Shown: positions 36,237-48,754 of the stretch, piece after piece
How the letters are laid out: each line of letters starts with the position of its first letter
Numbering within the stretch: position 1 is the first letter of the stretch
Origin: Mobula hypostoma
Taxonomy: Eukaryota
NCBI RefSeq assembly: GCF_963921235.1
Contig: NC_086100.1
Span: forward strand, 203,672,001 to 203,736,000
Direction: 5' to 3'
Length of the DNA: 64,000 nt
Position numbers and translations under genes: made by a program
Notes under the pieces: generated by a model
What the model was told of the DNA's origin: nothing
Database searches by the model: none
The model's input: the letters and a program-made list of their open reading frames with translations, nothing else

Positions 36237-36873
36237 ATGGTGTCACTGGTGGAGCTCCTGAGAGGTGCTCTGGGATTGATCAGCCACTCATCGTACAACA
36301 AAAAAATCAGCTCGGGTAGACCTGAGCTGTTCTTCAGCTGATTGGTTGAGACAGAGCTGAAATTAGTCATCAAGCCAATCAGACTTGACGTTCTGTTGTC
36401 TATCAATGACCACTGGATCTGTGAAGATCCCAAACTTGATGCCATATAATGAAGTTGTTGTGCTGTAGTTCAATGATGTGCCCAGTGAAGTCACCCACTG
36501 GAGTTCCTCATGTGGACCAGTCAGTGAAGATACTGGCTGATGATGTGGAGGTGAGCCAATGGACGATGGCAGTCCACTGCAGCCAGTAGACGATGCTCTT
36601 GCTGGAGAAACACCGATAGGTGAGAGCAGAAGAGGAGTCGATCACCACGGAGAAAGGCCAGGAGACAGTATGGACATTGGTGGAACCCATCACAGCCAAG
36701 GGCGCGGTCGTCAGTGTTTTCATTGTCCTGGAGCCGATCAGGAGACCAGTCTGGAAGGGTCAGTTGATGATCTGAGTCTCCCCAGGCCAATCACGGGACT
36801 TAATCTGGATGGACATGTTGATGACAACACAGTATTTGAGCAAATTGCGTCAGCTGGTTTGAGGCCTCACTAA
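36237..36873 (+). pseudogene. Unidentified decayed, intronless coding-like segment
   Basis: Codon-like G/C bias at third positions and protein-like translation across stops and frameshifts; no family recognised. Confidence 0.35.
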
Positions 36874-38189
36874 TGTCTTCATCAATTAGACCATAAGACC
36901 AAAAGACAGGAACAGAATTAGGCAAGTCAGCACCTTGAGTCTGTTCTGTCATTCCATCATGGCTGATTGAGTATCCCTGGCAACCAGACTGTACTCTCGT
37001 CTCCCTGGAACCTTTCATGCCATGACTAAGCAAGAACCAATCAACTTCCATTTTAAATATCCTCAATTACTTGGTGTCCACAGCCATCCGTGGCAATGGA
37101 TTCCACAGATTCATCATCCTGTTACTAAAGAAATTCCTCCTTATCTCCAGTCTAAATGGATGCCCTCTGGCCCTAGATCAGAAGGTATACAAGATATCCT
37201 TTTCACCTCCATTCTATCTAGACCTTTGGATATTCAATAGGTTTCTATGAGATGCAGCATCATCTGGCGAGTACGAGTCCAGAGCCATGAAACGCTCCTC
37301 ATATGTTAACCCTTTCACTGCTGGATCAATCTCGTCAACCTTCTCTAGAAACTCTCTAATGCCAGCACATCATTTCTCAGATAAGCGGCCCAAATCCGCA
37401 CACAATACTCCAAATTTGGTCTGACCAATGCCATATAAAGCCTCAGTATACATCTTTCCTTTTATATTCCAGTCCATTTGAAATGAATGCCAACATTGCA
37501 GTTGCCTTCGTAACAATCGACTCAAACTTCAAGTTAACCTTTACGGAATCCTGCAGAAGTGCTTCCAAGGACCTTTACCCTTCTAATTTTTAAAATTTTA
37601 AAATAGACGACACCTTAATTCCTTCTACTGAAGTGCATGACCATACACTTCCCTACAGTATATTCCATCTACTACTTCTTTGCCTTTTCTCTCAATCTGT
37701 CCAAGTACTTCTGCAGGCACCCTGCTTGCTGTCAAATACTTGCCCTTCCATCTACCTTTGTATTATCTGCAAAGCCAGATTCCTTTGTTCTGCCACAATC
37801 CTCATTACCCTCCCATTCACTGAACACCAGCTCGCTACATCATAGACTTTCCTTTTCTATCTCCCATTGCAATTTATATCCCACGTTCTGGCTACTGTTT
37901 GGGAGCCTGTATAAACTCCCATCAGAGACCTGGCAGTTTCTTAGTTCTACAACCGCGCCCCACCCCAAAGTTTCTGCAACTTCTATTCCTATGTCATCTC
38001 TCTATAAGGATTTGATTTGATTTTTAACAACAATGCCTCCCCACTCCCTCTGCCTGTCCTTTCAACACAATCTGTATCCTTGGATGTGAAGCACCCAACG
38101 ATGATCTTTAAGCAACGAACTCAGTGAAGCCGATAATGTCATCCCTGCCGACTCTAAATAGGCCATTACCCAGTCCCACATATTCAAGA

Positions 38190-39080
38190 CTTTTCAGTAA
38201 ATTTAGTCAGAAAGATCATTATTTGTAAAGTGTATTCGGTCAGGGTTTATCATCAGCTACCTGGGTGCTCTCACCATATTCCCAAAGTTGCTGTTATCAC
38301 CCCATTTGGGCTGTTTGAGTTTCTGTGCATGCCCATGGGCTGAAAAATGCAGCATAGACTTCCCAGCAACTCATGGACTGTGAGATAAGACACTGACAGA
38401 TTTTCTTTTTGTTTTCCTGGACAACACACAGCACTGTGCAAAACGCACATATATGTAACAAGGGTGCCTGGAACTTCTGCACAATTCTGTAAATTCATTA
38501 AAATAGGAGGTGGTTGGGAAACAGAAATAAGAGTGCTTAGCTTTGTACCAGCTCAGGTGTATGAAGTGGTATTAAGTTGTGACTGGAAAGACATAATATA
38601 CAGTACTGAGCAAGAGTCTGAGCACCATTGCTACAGATACATGTGTCTAAGACTTTTACACAGTACTGTAGCTGTCACCAGCGCATCCAAAACCGAACAC
38701 TTATCACATCTCCACATACTTTTCTATTGCTTCAGCCATCGTGGGCTGATTATTAACCCCATTAAATACCAGTTCAGGTTGTCTGTCCTTGACTTTCTCA
38801 GCCACTGTATCTGTGTAGATGGTCTGCCACCCCACCATCAATGTTCGCTGTTATGATGGACTTTCCACTGCACCCCCACTCCCCAAAAAATACTGCAAGT
38901 GTTTTTTGTTTTGGTGAATTTCTATCACCTTTTCATTCCAAGATCTGTTGAACTTATGCTTGCTCCCTTAATTTAATGCCCATAATCACATGTCTGAATG
39001 GTCAGCAGACGTGACCAGAGCATTTGCCGACACCAAACGAGTCTTTTGTAAACAACGCTACTGGTATATTTATTCCCCAT
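38190..39080 (+). mobile_element. Gypsy reverse-transcriptase relic
   Basis: YHQLP...IPKVAVITPFGLFEFLCMPMG/LKNAA..QQLMD...FVFLDN, resuming after the MITE as EHLSHLHILF...GLIINP.K. Confidence 0.8.
38429..38668. mobile_element. Tc1/mariner-type MITE (~240 bp) inserted in the Gypsy RT
   Basis: Imperfect TIRs CAGCACTGTGCAAAA / TTTTACACAGTACTG; right flank TA, left flank CA. Confidence 0.7.
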
Positions 39081-39979
39081 GCATCAGGGGCAGGGTGGAC
39101 GTAAAGGGCTGCAGCTTTTGCTAATCACATAAAATGACTCAGTGTCAGGGTGGAGCCCCAGCTGCCTTTGGCCAGAATTGACCACATGGACTGGGCCCTC
39201 TCCAGTGCCAGTACAGTAACCCGAGCAATGCTGACCTGAGCCTGGAGCTGGAGCAGGGTCGGTTCCTGTTACCGACACAGGGTCATGATGACTGGGCGTG
39301 AAGGTCCAACCGGGGAACCCATTGTCAAATTTCACCAAGAAACAATCAGACCAAAGAATTTCAGGCAGAACTGGTCGGGATGACAAACACCCATCAGCAC
39401 ACAGAAATGGCAAACTTTTAAAATGAGAAATAAATCAATGTTAAAACAAATTTAGCACTGGATGAGTGAACCCTCTGACCCCAGGATGCCACGAGATAGA
39501 AATGGTCCTGTGATAAGAGAGGTGGTTTCACACAGTCTCCATGACTCTGTCAGTTTGTGGGTGGAATGGGAGTGGTAATTGAGTGAAGACAGTGAGGTGG
39601 AAGGGTTGCAGAGGTACTAACCTGAGGAGTACTGAATGCAGTCGGGACTTGCTGTCTTGGGCTTGAATTGTGTAGTGGTCACTCTCAGCTTCATCTCTGG
39701 TTCATACGGTTCAAATCTGTGTTGTCTTGTGCACAATCATGTTTCATGGTTTCTGGCACTCTTGCCCCTCAAGGAGAAGAAAGAAAAAGTAAATTCAAGC
39801 AACACACAGAAAACGCTGGAGAAACTCAGCAGGTCAGGCGGCATCTAAGACAAAGAGCAGAGCCGACGTTTCAGGCTGAGACCCTTCATCATGAAAGGAA
39901 ACAAAAGAGAGGAAAAATATTCACTGGCTTACAACTAGACAACGACAGGAACATTTATATTTTGAGTCACAGCATGAGA

Positions 39980-40750
39980 AATCTTTTCTTTATTAATCTT
40001 TTTATTGATTTAGAGGAAACATATATGCAGACAAGGGGAGAATTATCTCAAATATGTATATCAGCAACAATATAAACAAAAGATGAAATAGATATGATCA
40101 TAATCATACATAGTAATAAGCAAATATGCAATATATAATAAAAACGGACAAGGAATTGTCCTCTTATCAATTCATAAAGAGAGGAAAAAAAGCTTTAAAT
40201 TTAAAATGAAGGGAAAAAAACCCACTGCCCAGTCCATTTGGAGGTTACAACCAAATAAAAAGGAAAGAATTTGTGATCAAATCTATAACTTCGAAAAAAA
40301 AATAATTGGAACAGCAATAAATCAAATCAAATGAAAATATAGAATAAAAGGTCGCTATATTTGCTCAAATTTAAAAGTTGTATCAAATGTCTGACTGCTT
40401 ATTTTCTCTAAGCTTAAACAGGACATAATGGAGGAAAGCCAAAAAAAGACAGCAGGTGGATTAGAATCCTTCCATTTCAGTAAAATGGCTCTCCAAGCCA
40501 ATGAAGTCGAAAAGGCAATCACACTTTGAGCAGAAACGGTAATATAACCAGAAAAACTACTGATTTCAGAAAATATTGATAACATAGAAGGAATATATTT
40601 CCTTGGATCTGAACTATAAACTAACAGGTTATCCGCATATAACAAAACCTTGTGTAGTTTGTCCCCTCTCTTAATACTGTACCCTGAACAGTATTAGAAT
40701 CTCTAAGAGCAATAGAAAGGGGTTCTCAGGACAAGTTAAATAACAAAAGT
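39980..40750 (-). mobile_element. L1 ORF2 3' fragments
   Basis: LYADNLLVY.SDP...SSFSGY fused to AFSTSLAWRAILLKWKDSNPP...WLSSIMSCLSLEKI; internal deletion. Confidence 0.75.
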
Positions 40751-43700
40751 CTAATTTACACAGCATGACAACTCATCCACACATTTTTCACCATCCTGTC
40801 CAAATGAGTCACCATTTTTAGAGGACAGTGTACTTCTACCCCTCGGTGTGTCTGTTCTACAAACCCCTTTGGGCCCTGTCATTTACTCTCTATGTTCTAC
40901 TCTGGTTTAACTTCCGAAAATCACACTTGTCCAGTTACGTGCAACCTGCCCTTTCTTGTCCCACTTTGCCAGATGGTCTCCATCCCATTGCAAACTCAGA
41001 CAATCCTCACGTTCACCACACACTCATTTTGGTGTCATCCACAACCTCACTCATTGTCTGACATGAAATTAATGAACATAAAGAGAAATACCTGAATGAC
41101 CTTTTGCTGGATATTTGAACCATCTGTGTAGATATGGGAGAATCCATGGTATCGGCCAGTCTACATTTGTCTCGAGTCTCCAGCTGAGCAGAATTTAAAT
41201 CCTATGGTGATGATGCATCTCATTATGATGTGTCTGCTGATGTGACAATGTCACTGTCCCTGCCCCTTGTCCTGGTTAAGGGAGATTCAGTGCTAAAATT
41301 GTGTTTGGAAGGTTTGAGACATTCGCCAACCTTGTCCATTCAGTGGCACAGATTGTAAATAGTGTAGCATTTGTGAGTGTCACACTCCTGGGGACTCTGG
41401 GCAATGCTGTCAGTCATGGGTGAAAATGAGATATCAATCTGCATCCACTATTAAGAGACATTTGCCTCCAGATCTTAAATATTTGAAGTGTAAAAATATA
41501 TTACCTTCCATCACTCCTAGTTTATTTACAAAACATCTTCATTCTACAAGAACACAGACAAAATGCTGGAGGCATTCAGCAGGTCAGGCAGTATCTGTGG
41601 AGAGGAATAAACTGTTGATGTTTCATGCCGAGACCCTTCATTCTACAGTCTCCTGTTCTTGACCCCACTGCTAATGTGAAGAGCTTCCCTGACAGCAGGT
41701 TGTCAGGGGAATAAGTGAAAGAGAATGTGAACAGGAATAGTTTGGAGGGAAATAGGTGTGGGAATGTGATTACCTCAGAGCCTGCATGGACTGAGACCAG
41801 AACACCATGGGACACAGGAGCAGAATCAGACCAATCAGCCCATTAAGTCTCCTAGAATGAATTATTGACTACAAGTGGGGGAAGCTATGAGCCAGTACTC
41901 ATCGGTGATCAGAGTTGGAGAGGGTCAGAAAATTTCAATTCCTGGACATTTCAGACGATCTGTCCTGGGTCTCACAATTAAGTACCATTACAAAAAAAAG
42001 CATGGCAATACATCCACTTTCTCAACGATTGCTAAGATTTGGCATGTCATCTGAAACTTTGACAGGCTTATTGATATGTGATACAGAGTATATTGACTGG
42101 CTGCAGCACAGCCTGGTATGGAAGCACAATGAAAAGAAACGCCAACAAAATCAATGGGTACAGCCCAGTCCATCATAGTTAAAGCCCTCCCCAACACTGA
42201 GCACATCTACATGGAGTACTGTTGTAAGAAATAAGCATCCATCATCAAGGACCCCCACCATCCAGGCCATGCTCTCAGATTCTCCCAAAATATTTCATGT
42301 TTTGCCTTAAATCGATCACCTCTTGTTCTATTCTCACACAACCTGAGAGGAAAAAGCTTCTTCTGCATTATTAGGGGACTTAATATTGTGAGGGGACTTG
42401 ACAGAAGCTTATAAAATCAGGAGCAATATGGATAAGGTGGTCAGTGATAGTCTTGTCTGTGTGTTCATCTACGCACTGACAGGAACAGCACGGACAATTT
42501 ACATAGCTTGTCACCGAGGGGATTGGCCTAAGCATATCATTTTATTTTGCGTAGCTGTCTGTTTGTTTGCAGTCCTGAGTGAGGTGGTATGTTTTGTAAT
42601 TTCGCCCCAGACAATGTTTCATTTGACAGTAATTAAGCTAAGCTTGAACTTAAATTCTTTTTCCCAGGCTGGGGAGTCCACAGCTAGATGGCACAGATAC
42701 AAGGTAAGAGGGCAGAGTTTAAAAGAGAGCTGCATGGTAATTTCTTACACAGAGGATACTGAGTACTTGGAATGAGCTGTGAGGGAATGTTGTTGAGACG
42801 GTACAATTGCAATATTTAAGAAGCATTTGGATAGATACAGGAAGGGAGGGTCTTGGTGGGCTATTGTTCAACATGAGTAACTGGGACTAGCAGAGACAAT
42901 ACTGTGGTCCACATGGACGAGTTGGTCTAAAGAGTCTGTTTCCATGCTGGATTGCTCTGTGACTCTTTTCAACCTTCCCCTATAACTCAGGTACTCAAGT
43001 CCTGGCAACATCCATGTCAATTTTCTTTCCCGTAGGTAGATGAGCAGAACTACTCACATTACTCCAGGTTCAGCCTCACCAACATCCCAGTTCCTGTGAT
43101 GCAACCTTTGATATCCTTCCTCGCTGTCCACTCTGTCCCCAATCTTGGTGTCATCCACAAATTTGCTGATCAATTATCACCTAGATTATTGGTATAGATG
43201 TCAAACAACAACAGACACAGCACTGATACCTGTGGCACCAGTCACAGGCATTTAGACACAAATTTCTTGTTTAATCTTCAAAAAGCTTTAAGATTGGTTA
43301 GACATGACCTACCATGCATGAAGCCACTTTGATTTTCCGTAAATAAGCCCTGTCTATCCAAATACAGCAGATTCTGGTTTATTTAGGCACATTGGAACCA
43401 TTACACATTGGTCCAATTAAGAGGTTGCCTAATTAAACAAATTTTCATGGAAATAGTTTAAAAAAGACCAACTCCCGTTTACCCGAGTAACAAACTGAAG
43501 TACAGAACGAATTAGAACACGACCACTACGACTCCAGTACTATAAAACTGTCTTTCATTCCCTGATCGTTACTGACAGAGGAATTCACATAGAGAACGCT
43601 GCTGTGTTCTTTTGATTGACTGTAAATTAACAAAATCACCGCGGACACCAAGTGCAGATAATGGACTGCCTTCATTGCCTTCCTGCATGAAATAATATTG

Positions 43701-43809
43701 TAATCCAACAATAAATTTCTCAGCATCCTGTGTCATCACGGGCTCATGTTCAGATGTGTCACCTTCATCACGAGCTGTAGTGTCTGATGGACACACAAGT
43801 GTCCTCTCT

Positions 43810-46800
43810 ATTATGTACACCTCTATCATGTCTCTTCTTATCCTCCTTCTCTACAAAGAGTATAGCCCTAGCTCCTTTAATCTCTGATCATAATCCATAC
43901 ACTCTAAACCAGGCATCATCCTGGTAAATCTCCTCTGTACTCTTTCCATTGCTTCCACATCCTTCCTATAGTGAGGCGACCAGAACTGGGCACAGTACTC
44001 CAAGTGTGGTCTAACTGGAGTTTTAACTCTTAATCTCTATCCCTCGACTTATGAAGGTTAACACGCCATGAGGTTTCTTAACTACTCTTTCTACTGGTGA
44101 AGGAACTTTTAGAGATCTGTGGACATGTACCCCCAGATCCTTCTGTTCCTCCACACTACCAAGTATCCTGCCATTTACTTTGTACTCTGTCTTGGAGTTT
44201 GTCCTTCCAAAGTGTAACAGCTCATACTTCTTGGGGTTGAACTCCATCTGCCACTTCTCAGCCCACTTCTGCATCCTATCATTGTCTCTCTACAATCTTC
44301 GACAATCCTCTACACTAGCTACAACATCGCCAACATTTGTGTCGTCTGCAAACTTGCCAACCCACCCTTCCACCCCCACATCCAGGTCGTTAATAAAAAT
44401 CGTGAAAATTAGAGGTCCAGAACCGATCCTTGTGGGACACCACTAGTCACAACCCTCCAATCCGAATGCCCATAGATCCTAACTCGAAGAATCTTTTCCA
44501 ACAGCTTTCCCACCACAGACGTAAGGCTCACTGGTCTATAATTACCCGGACTATCCCTACTACCTTTTTTGAACAAGGGGACAACATTCGCCTCCCTCCA
44601 ACACTCCGGTACCATTCCAGTGGACAACGCGGACATAAAGATCCTAGCCTGAGGCTCAGCAATCTCTTCTCTCGCCTCATGGAGCAGCCTGGGGAATATT
44701 CCGTCAGGCCCCGGGGACTTATCTGTCCTAATGTATTTTAACAACTCCAACACCTCCTCTCCCTTAATATCAACATGCTCCTGAACATCAACCTCACTCA
44801 TATAGTCCTAATTCTCCCGGGAGCGGGGAGAAGATGGCGGCGTCACGGCAGTGCGTGCGGCCACGTTGGTGATGATATCTGTTATCTGTCAGGTAGAGGA
44901 CTGTGCACAATTCTGATTTGATGGAGAAAGACGTGAGAGCACGGAGGAACATCTGGAAAATTTCTGAAATGCCCACTTCGCAGCCGCTGCTACTGTGTGG
45001 TAACCGGAATCTCCGGTGCTGAAGGCCCGAAATCCTCGGTTTTGCGTGTTTCAGCGGCCGGGGCAAGGTCAAAGGCGCTCGGCAGAGGATGGCACTCAGG
45101 AGGCTGTATCGAAGAGACTGGTCAGAAGCTCCAAGTTTTCGGATGGATGGACAGGGTCGGCTGTGATCAGCTGCTTCCAAGGTATCGGCAAGTTGACAGT
45201 GCTTGGAGGTTTATGGCAGGGAGTTTCTCCCTTTTGCCGCCTGCTATCGGGGACTCGGGGACTTTGAGACTTTTTTCACTGTGCCCATGGTCTGTTCTTC
45301 ATCAAATTATGGTATTGATTTGCACTGCTGTAAATATACGTTATAATTATGTGGTTCTGTCAGTGTTAGTCTTTGGTCTGTCCTGTTTTCTGTATTATTA
45401 CTCCGGAGAAACATTGTATCATTTCTTAATGCATGTATGCATTTCTAAATGACAATTAAAGAGGACTGAGTGTTCTCATAATGTAAAATCGTAATCAAGT
45501 TCCCTCTCATTGGTGAATACCGAAGAGAAGTATTCATTGAGGACCTCATTCACTTCCACAGCTTCTAGGCACATCTTCCCACCTTTATTTCCAATCGGTC
45601 CACCTGTCTTCACTCCTGTCATCCTTTTGTTCTTCACATAATTGAAGAATGCCTTGGGGTTTTCCTTTATCCTACTAGCCAAGGCCTTCTCATGCCCCCT
45701 TCTTGCACTTCTCAGCCTCTTCTTAAGCTCCTATCTTGCTTCCCTATATTCCTTAATAGACCCATCTGATCCTTGCTTCCTAAACCTCATGTATGCTGCC
45801 TTCTTCCACCTGACTAGATTTTCCACCTCACTTGTCACCCATGGTTCCTTCACCCTACCATTCTTTATCTTCCTCACCGGGACAAATTTATCCCTTACAT
45901 CCCGCAAGAGATCTCTAAACATCAACCACATGTCCATAGTACATTCCCCTGCAAAAACATCATCCCAAATCACACCCGCAAGTTCCAGCCTTATAGCCTC
46001 AAAATTTGCCCTTCCCCAACTAAAAATTTTCCTGTCCTCTCTGATTCTATCTTTCTCCATGATAATGCTAAAGGCCAGGGAGCGGTGGTCACTGTCCCCC
46101 AGATGCTCACCCACTGAGAGATCTGTGACCTGACCCAGTTCATTACCTAGTACTAGATCTAGTATGGCATTGCCCCTGGTTGGCCTGTCCACATACTGTG
46201 ACAGGAATCCCTCCTGGACACACTGAACAAACTCTGCCCCATCTAAACCCTTGGAACTAATCAGGTGCCAATCAATATTAGGGAAGTTAAAGTCACACAT
46301 GATAACAACCCTGTTATTGTTGCACCTTTCCAAAATCTGCCTCCCAATCTGCTCCTCGGTATCTCTGCTGCTACCAGGGGGCCTATAGAATACTCCCATA
46401 GAGTAACTGCTCCCTTCCTATTCCTGACTTCCAGCCATACTGACTCAAAAAGGATCCAGCTACATTACCAATCGTTTCTGTAGCTGTAATAGTATCCCTG
46501 ACCAGTAATGCCACCCCTCCTCCCCTATGCCCCCCGCCCAGCCCTTTTAAAGCACTGAAATCCAGGAATATTGAGAATCCATTCCTGCACTGGTGCCAGC
46601 CAAGTTTCTGTAATGGCCACTACATCATAATTCCATGTATGTATCCAAGCTCTCAGTTCATCACCTTTGTTCCTGATGCTTCTTGCATTCAAGTACACAC
46701 ACTTCAGCCCTTCTACCTTACTGTCTTTACACCCTTTATTCTGTTTCTCTTTCCTCAAAGCCTCTCTGTATGTTAGATCTGGCTTTAGTCCATGAACTTC

Positions 46801-46870
46801 TTTCACTGCCCCATCGCTCCGGGTCCCATTCCCCTCGCAAATTTATTTAAACCCTCCTAAACCTTGCTAG
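43810..46870 (-). mobile_element. CR1 LINE (same family as 1703-4930) with internal deletions and an insertion
   Basis: ORFs 46525-46806, 45731-46399, 45476-45682, 44409-44801 and 44023-44274 are near-identical to the first CR1 copy. Confidence 0.93.
44810..45492 (+). mobile_element. Non-coding ~680-bp retroposon-like insert with a 5' AAGATGGCGG motif
   Basis: Interrupts the CR1 between cactcata and atcaagttccc; CpG-rich head with a YY1-type motif at 44831-44840; ATTAAA and a short TAAT-type tail. Confidence 0.65.
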
Positions 46871-46929
46871 CATTTAAAATTTTATTTTTAAATCTGTTGA
46901 AATCTTGCCCTGTGGATTCGGTAAATGGT

Positions 46930-48452
46930 ATAGAACATAGAACATAGAATAGAACAGCACACTACAGGCCCTTCGGCCCACAATGTTGTGCCGACACTCA
47001 AACCCTGCCTCCCATATAACCTCCCACCTTAAATTCCTCCATATACCTGTCCAGTAGTCTCTTAAGCTTCACTAGTGTATCTGCCTCCACCACTGACTCA
47101 GGCAGTGCATTCCACGCACCAACCACTCTCTCAGTAAAAAATCTTCTTCTAATATCCCCCTTGAACTTCCCACCCCTTACCTTAAAGCCATGTCCTCTTG
47201 TATTGAGCAGTGGTGCCCTGGGGAAGAGGCGCTGGCTATCCACTCTATCTATTCCTCTTAATATCTTGTACAACTCTATCATGTCTGCATCATTACATCG
47301 CGACTCTTAAACCCTATCCCTCGACTTATGAAAGTGAACACCCCATAAGCTTTCTTAACTACCCTATTACCTGTGAGGCAACTTTCAGAGATCTGTGGAC
47401 ATGTACCCACAGATCCCCCTGCTCCTCCACACTACCAAGTATCCTGTCATTTACTTTGTACTCTGCCTTGGAGTTTGCCCTTCCAAAGTGTACCACCTCA
47501 CACTTCTCCGGGTTGAACTCCATCTCCCACTTCTCAGCCCACTTCTGAGTTTTTTTATTAATCAGAGCATTGAGTATAGGAGTTGGGATGCAATGTTGAA
47601 TTTGTATAAGGCCAGATTTGGAGTATTGTGTACAGTTCTGGTCACCGAATTATAGGAAGGATGTGAATAAAATTGAGAGAGTACAGAGGAGGTTTACTAA
47701 AATGTTGCCTGGGTTTCACCTCCTAAGTTACAGAGAAAGGTTGAACAAGTTAGGTCTTTATTCTTTGGAGCGTAGAAGGTTGAGGGGAGACTTGATAGAG
47801 GTGCTTAAAATTATGAGGGGGATTGATAGAGTTGACGTGGTTAGACTTTTTCCATTGAGAGTGGGGAAGATTCAAACAAGAGGGCATGGGTTGAGAATTA
47901 GAGGACAAAAGTTTAGGGGTAACATGAGGGGGAACTTCTTTACTCAGAGAGTGGTAGCTGTGTGGAACGAGCTTCCAGCAGAAGTGGTTGAGGCAGGTTC
48001 TATGTTGTTGTTTAAAGTTAAATTGGACAGATATATGGACAGAAAAGGAATGGAAGCTTATGGGCTGAGTGCAGGTCGTTGGGAATAGGATAGGGTAAGA
48101 GTTCAGCACAGACTAGAAGGGCCGAGAATGCCTGCTTCCGTGCTAAAATTGTTATATGGTTATACGGTTCTGCATCCTATCAATGTCTCTCTGCAATCAT
48201 TGACAATTCCTTACACTATCTACAACATCACCAAACTTTGTGTCGTCTGCACACTTGCCCACCCACCCTTCCAGCCCCACATCCAGGTCGTTAATAAAAA
48301 TCACGAAAAGTAGAGGACCCAGAACAGATCCTTGTCGGACATCAGTAGTCATAACCCTCCAATCTGAATGTACTCCCTCCACCATGACCCTCTGCCTTCT
48401 GCAGGCAAGCCAATTCTGAATCCACCTGGCCAAACGTCCCTGGATCCCATGC
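46930..48452. mobile_element. CR1 (minus strand) with an opposite-strand CR1 3' end nested at ~47548-48165
   Basis: ORFs 46998-47282(-), 47618-48088(+) and 48197-48433(-); the host copy resumes at ttctgcatcct. Confidence 0.9.
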
Positions 48453-48548
48453 TATCCCATGTATTAATAACCCATGGCCTGTGCTGCCTGATGTTTCATT
48501 CCGAGAGATCGTCTGTAGCACAGGGGGACATAAAGCTGGACAGAGAAA

Positions 48549-48618
48549 ATGTCTGCAATGTTGGATGGGTATCTGAGCGTGGAGAGAATGTTGTTTATTG
48601 CCTTCATTGGCGTTCCTG
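48549..48618 (+). pseudogene. GPR139-like GPCR pseudogene, exon 1
   Basis: MSAMLDGYLSVERMLFIAFIGVP-G|gtgagt; phase 1 joins TGAAT (V-N-L) of exon 2 to form the TM1 GVPVN motif. Confidence 0.75.
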
Positions 48619-48754
48619 GTGAGTGAGCAGAGCAATTCATGTTTGGTAGTTATGTGAGCTAACCAGTGTGAACCTGTTTATGATCATTTATCAAGCTTTC
48701 AAAGATGATAATTGTACAAATATCTTTCAGACATATGGATCCTGAGTTTTCAAT

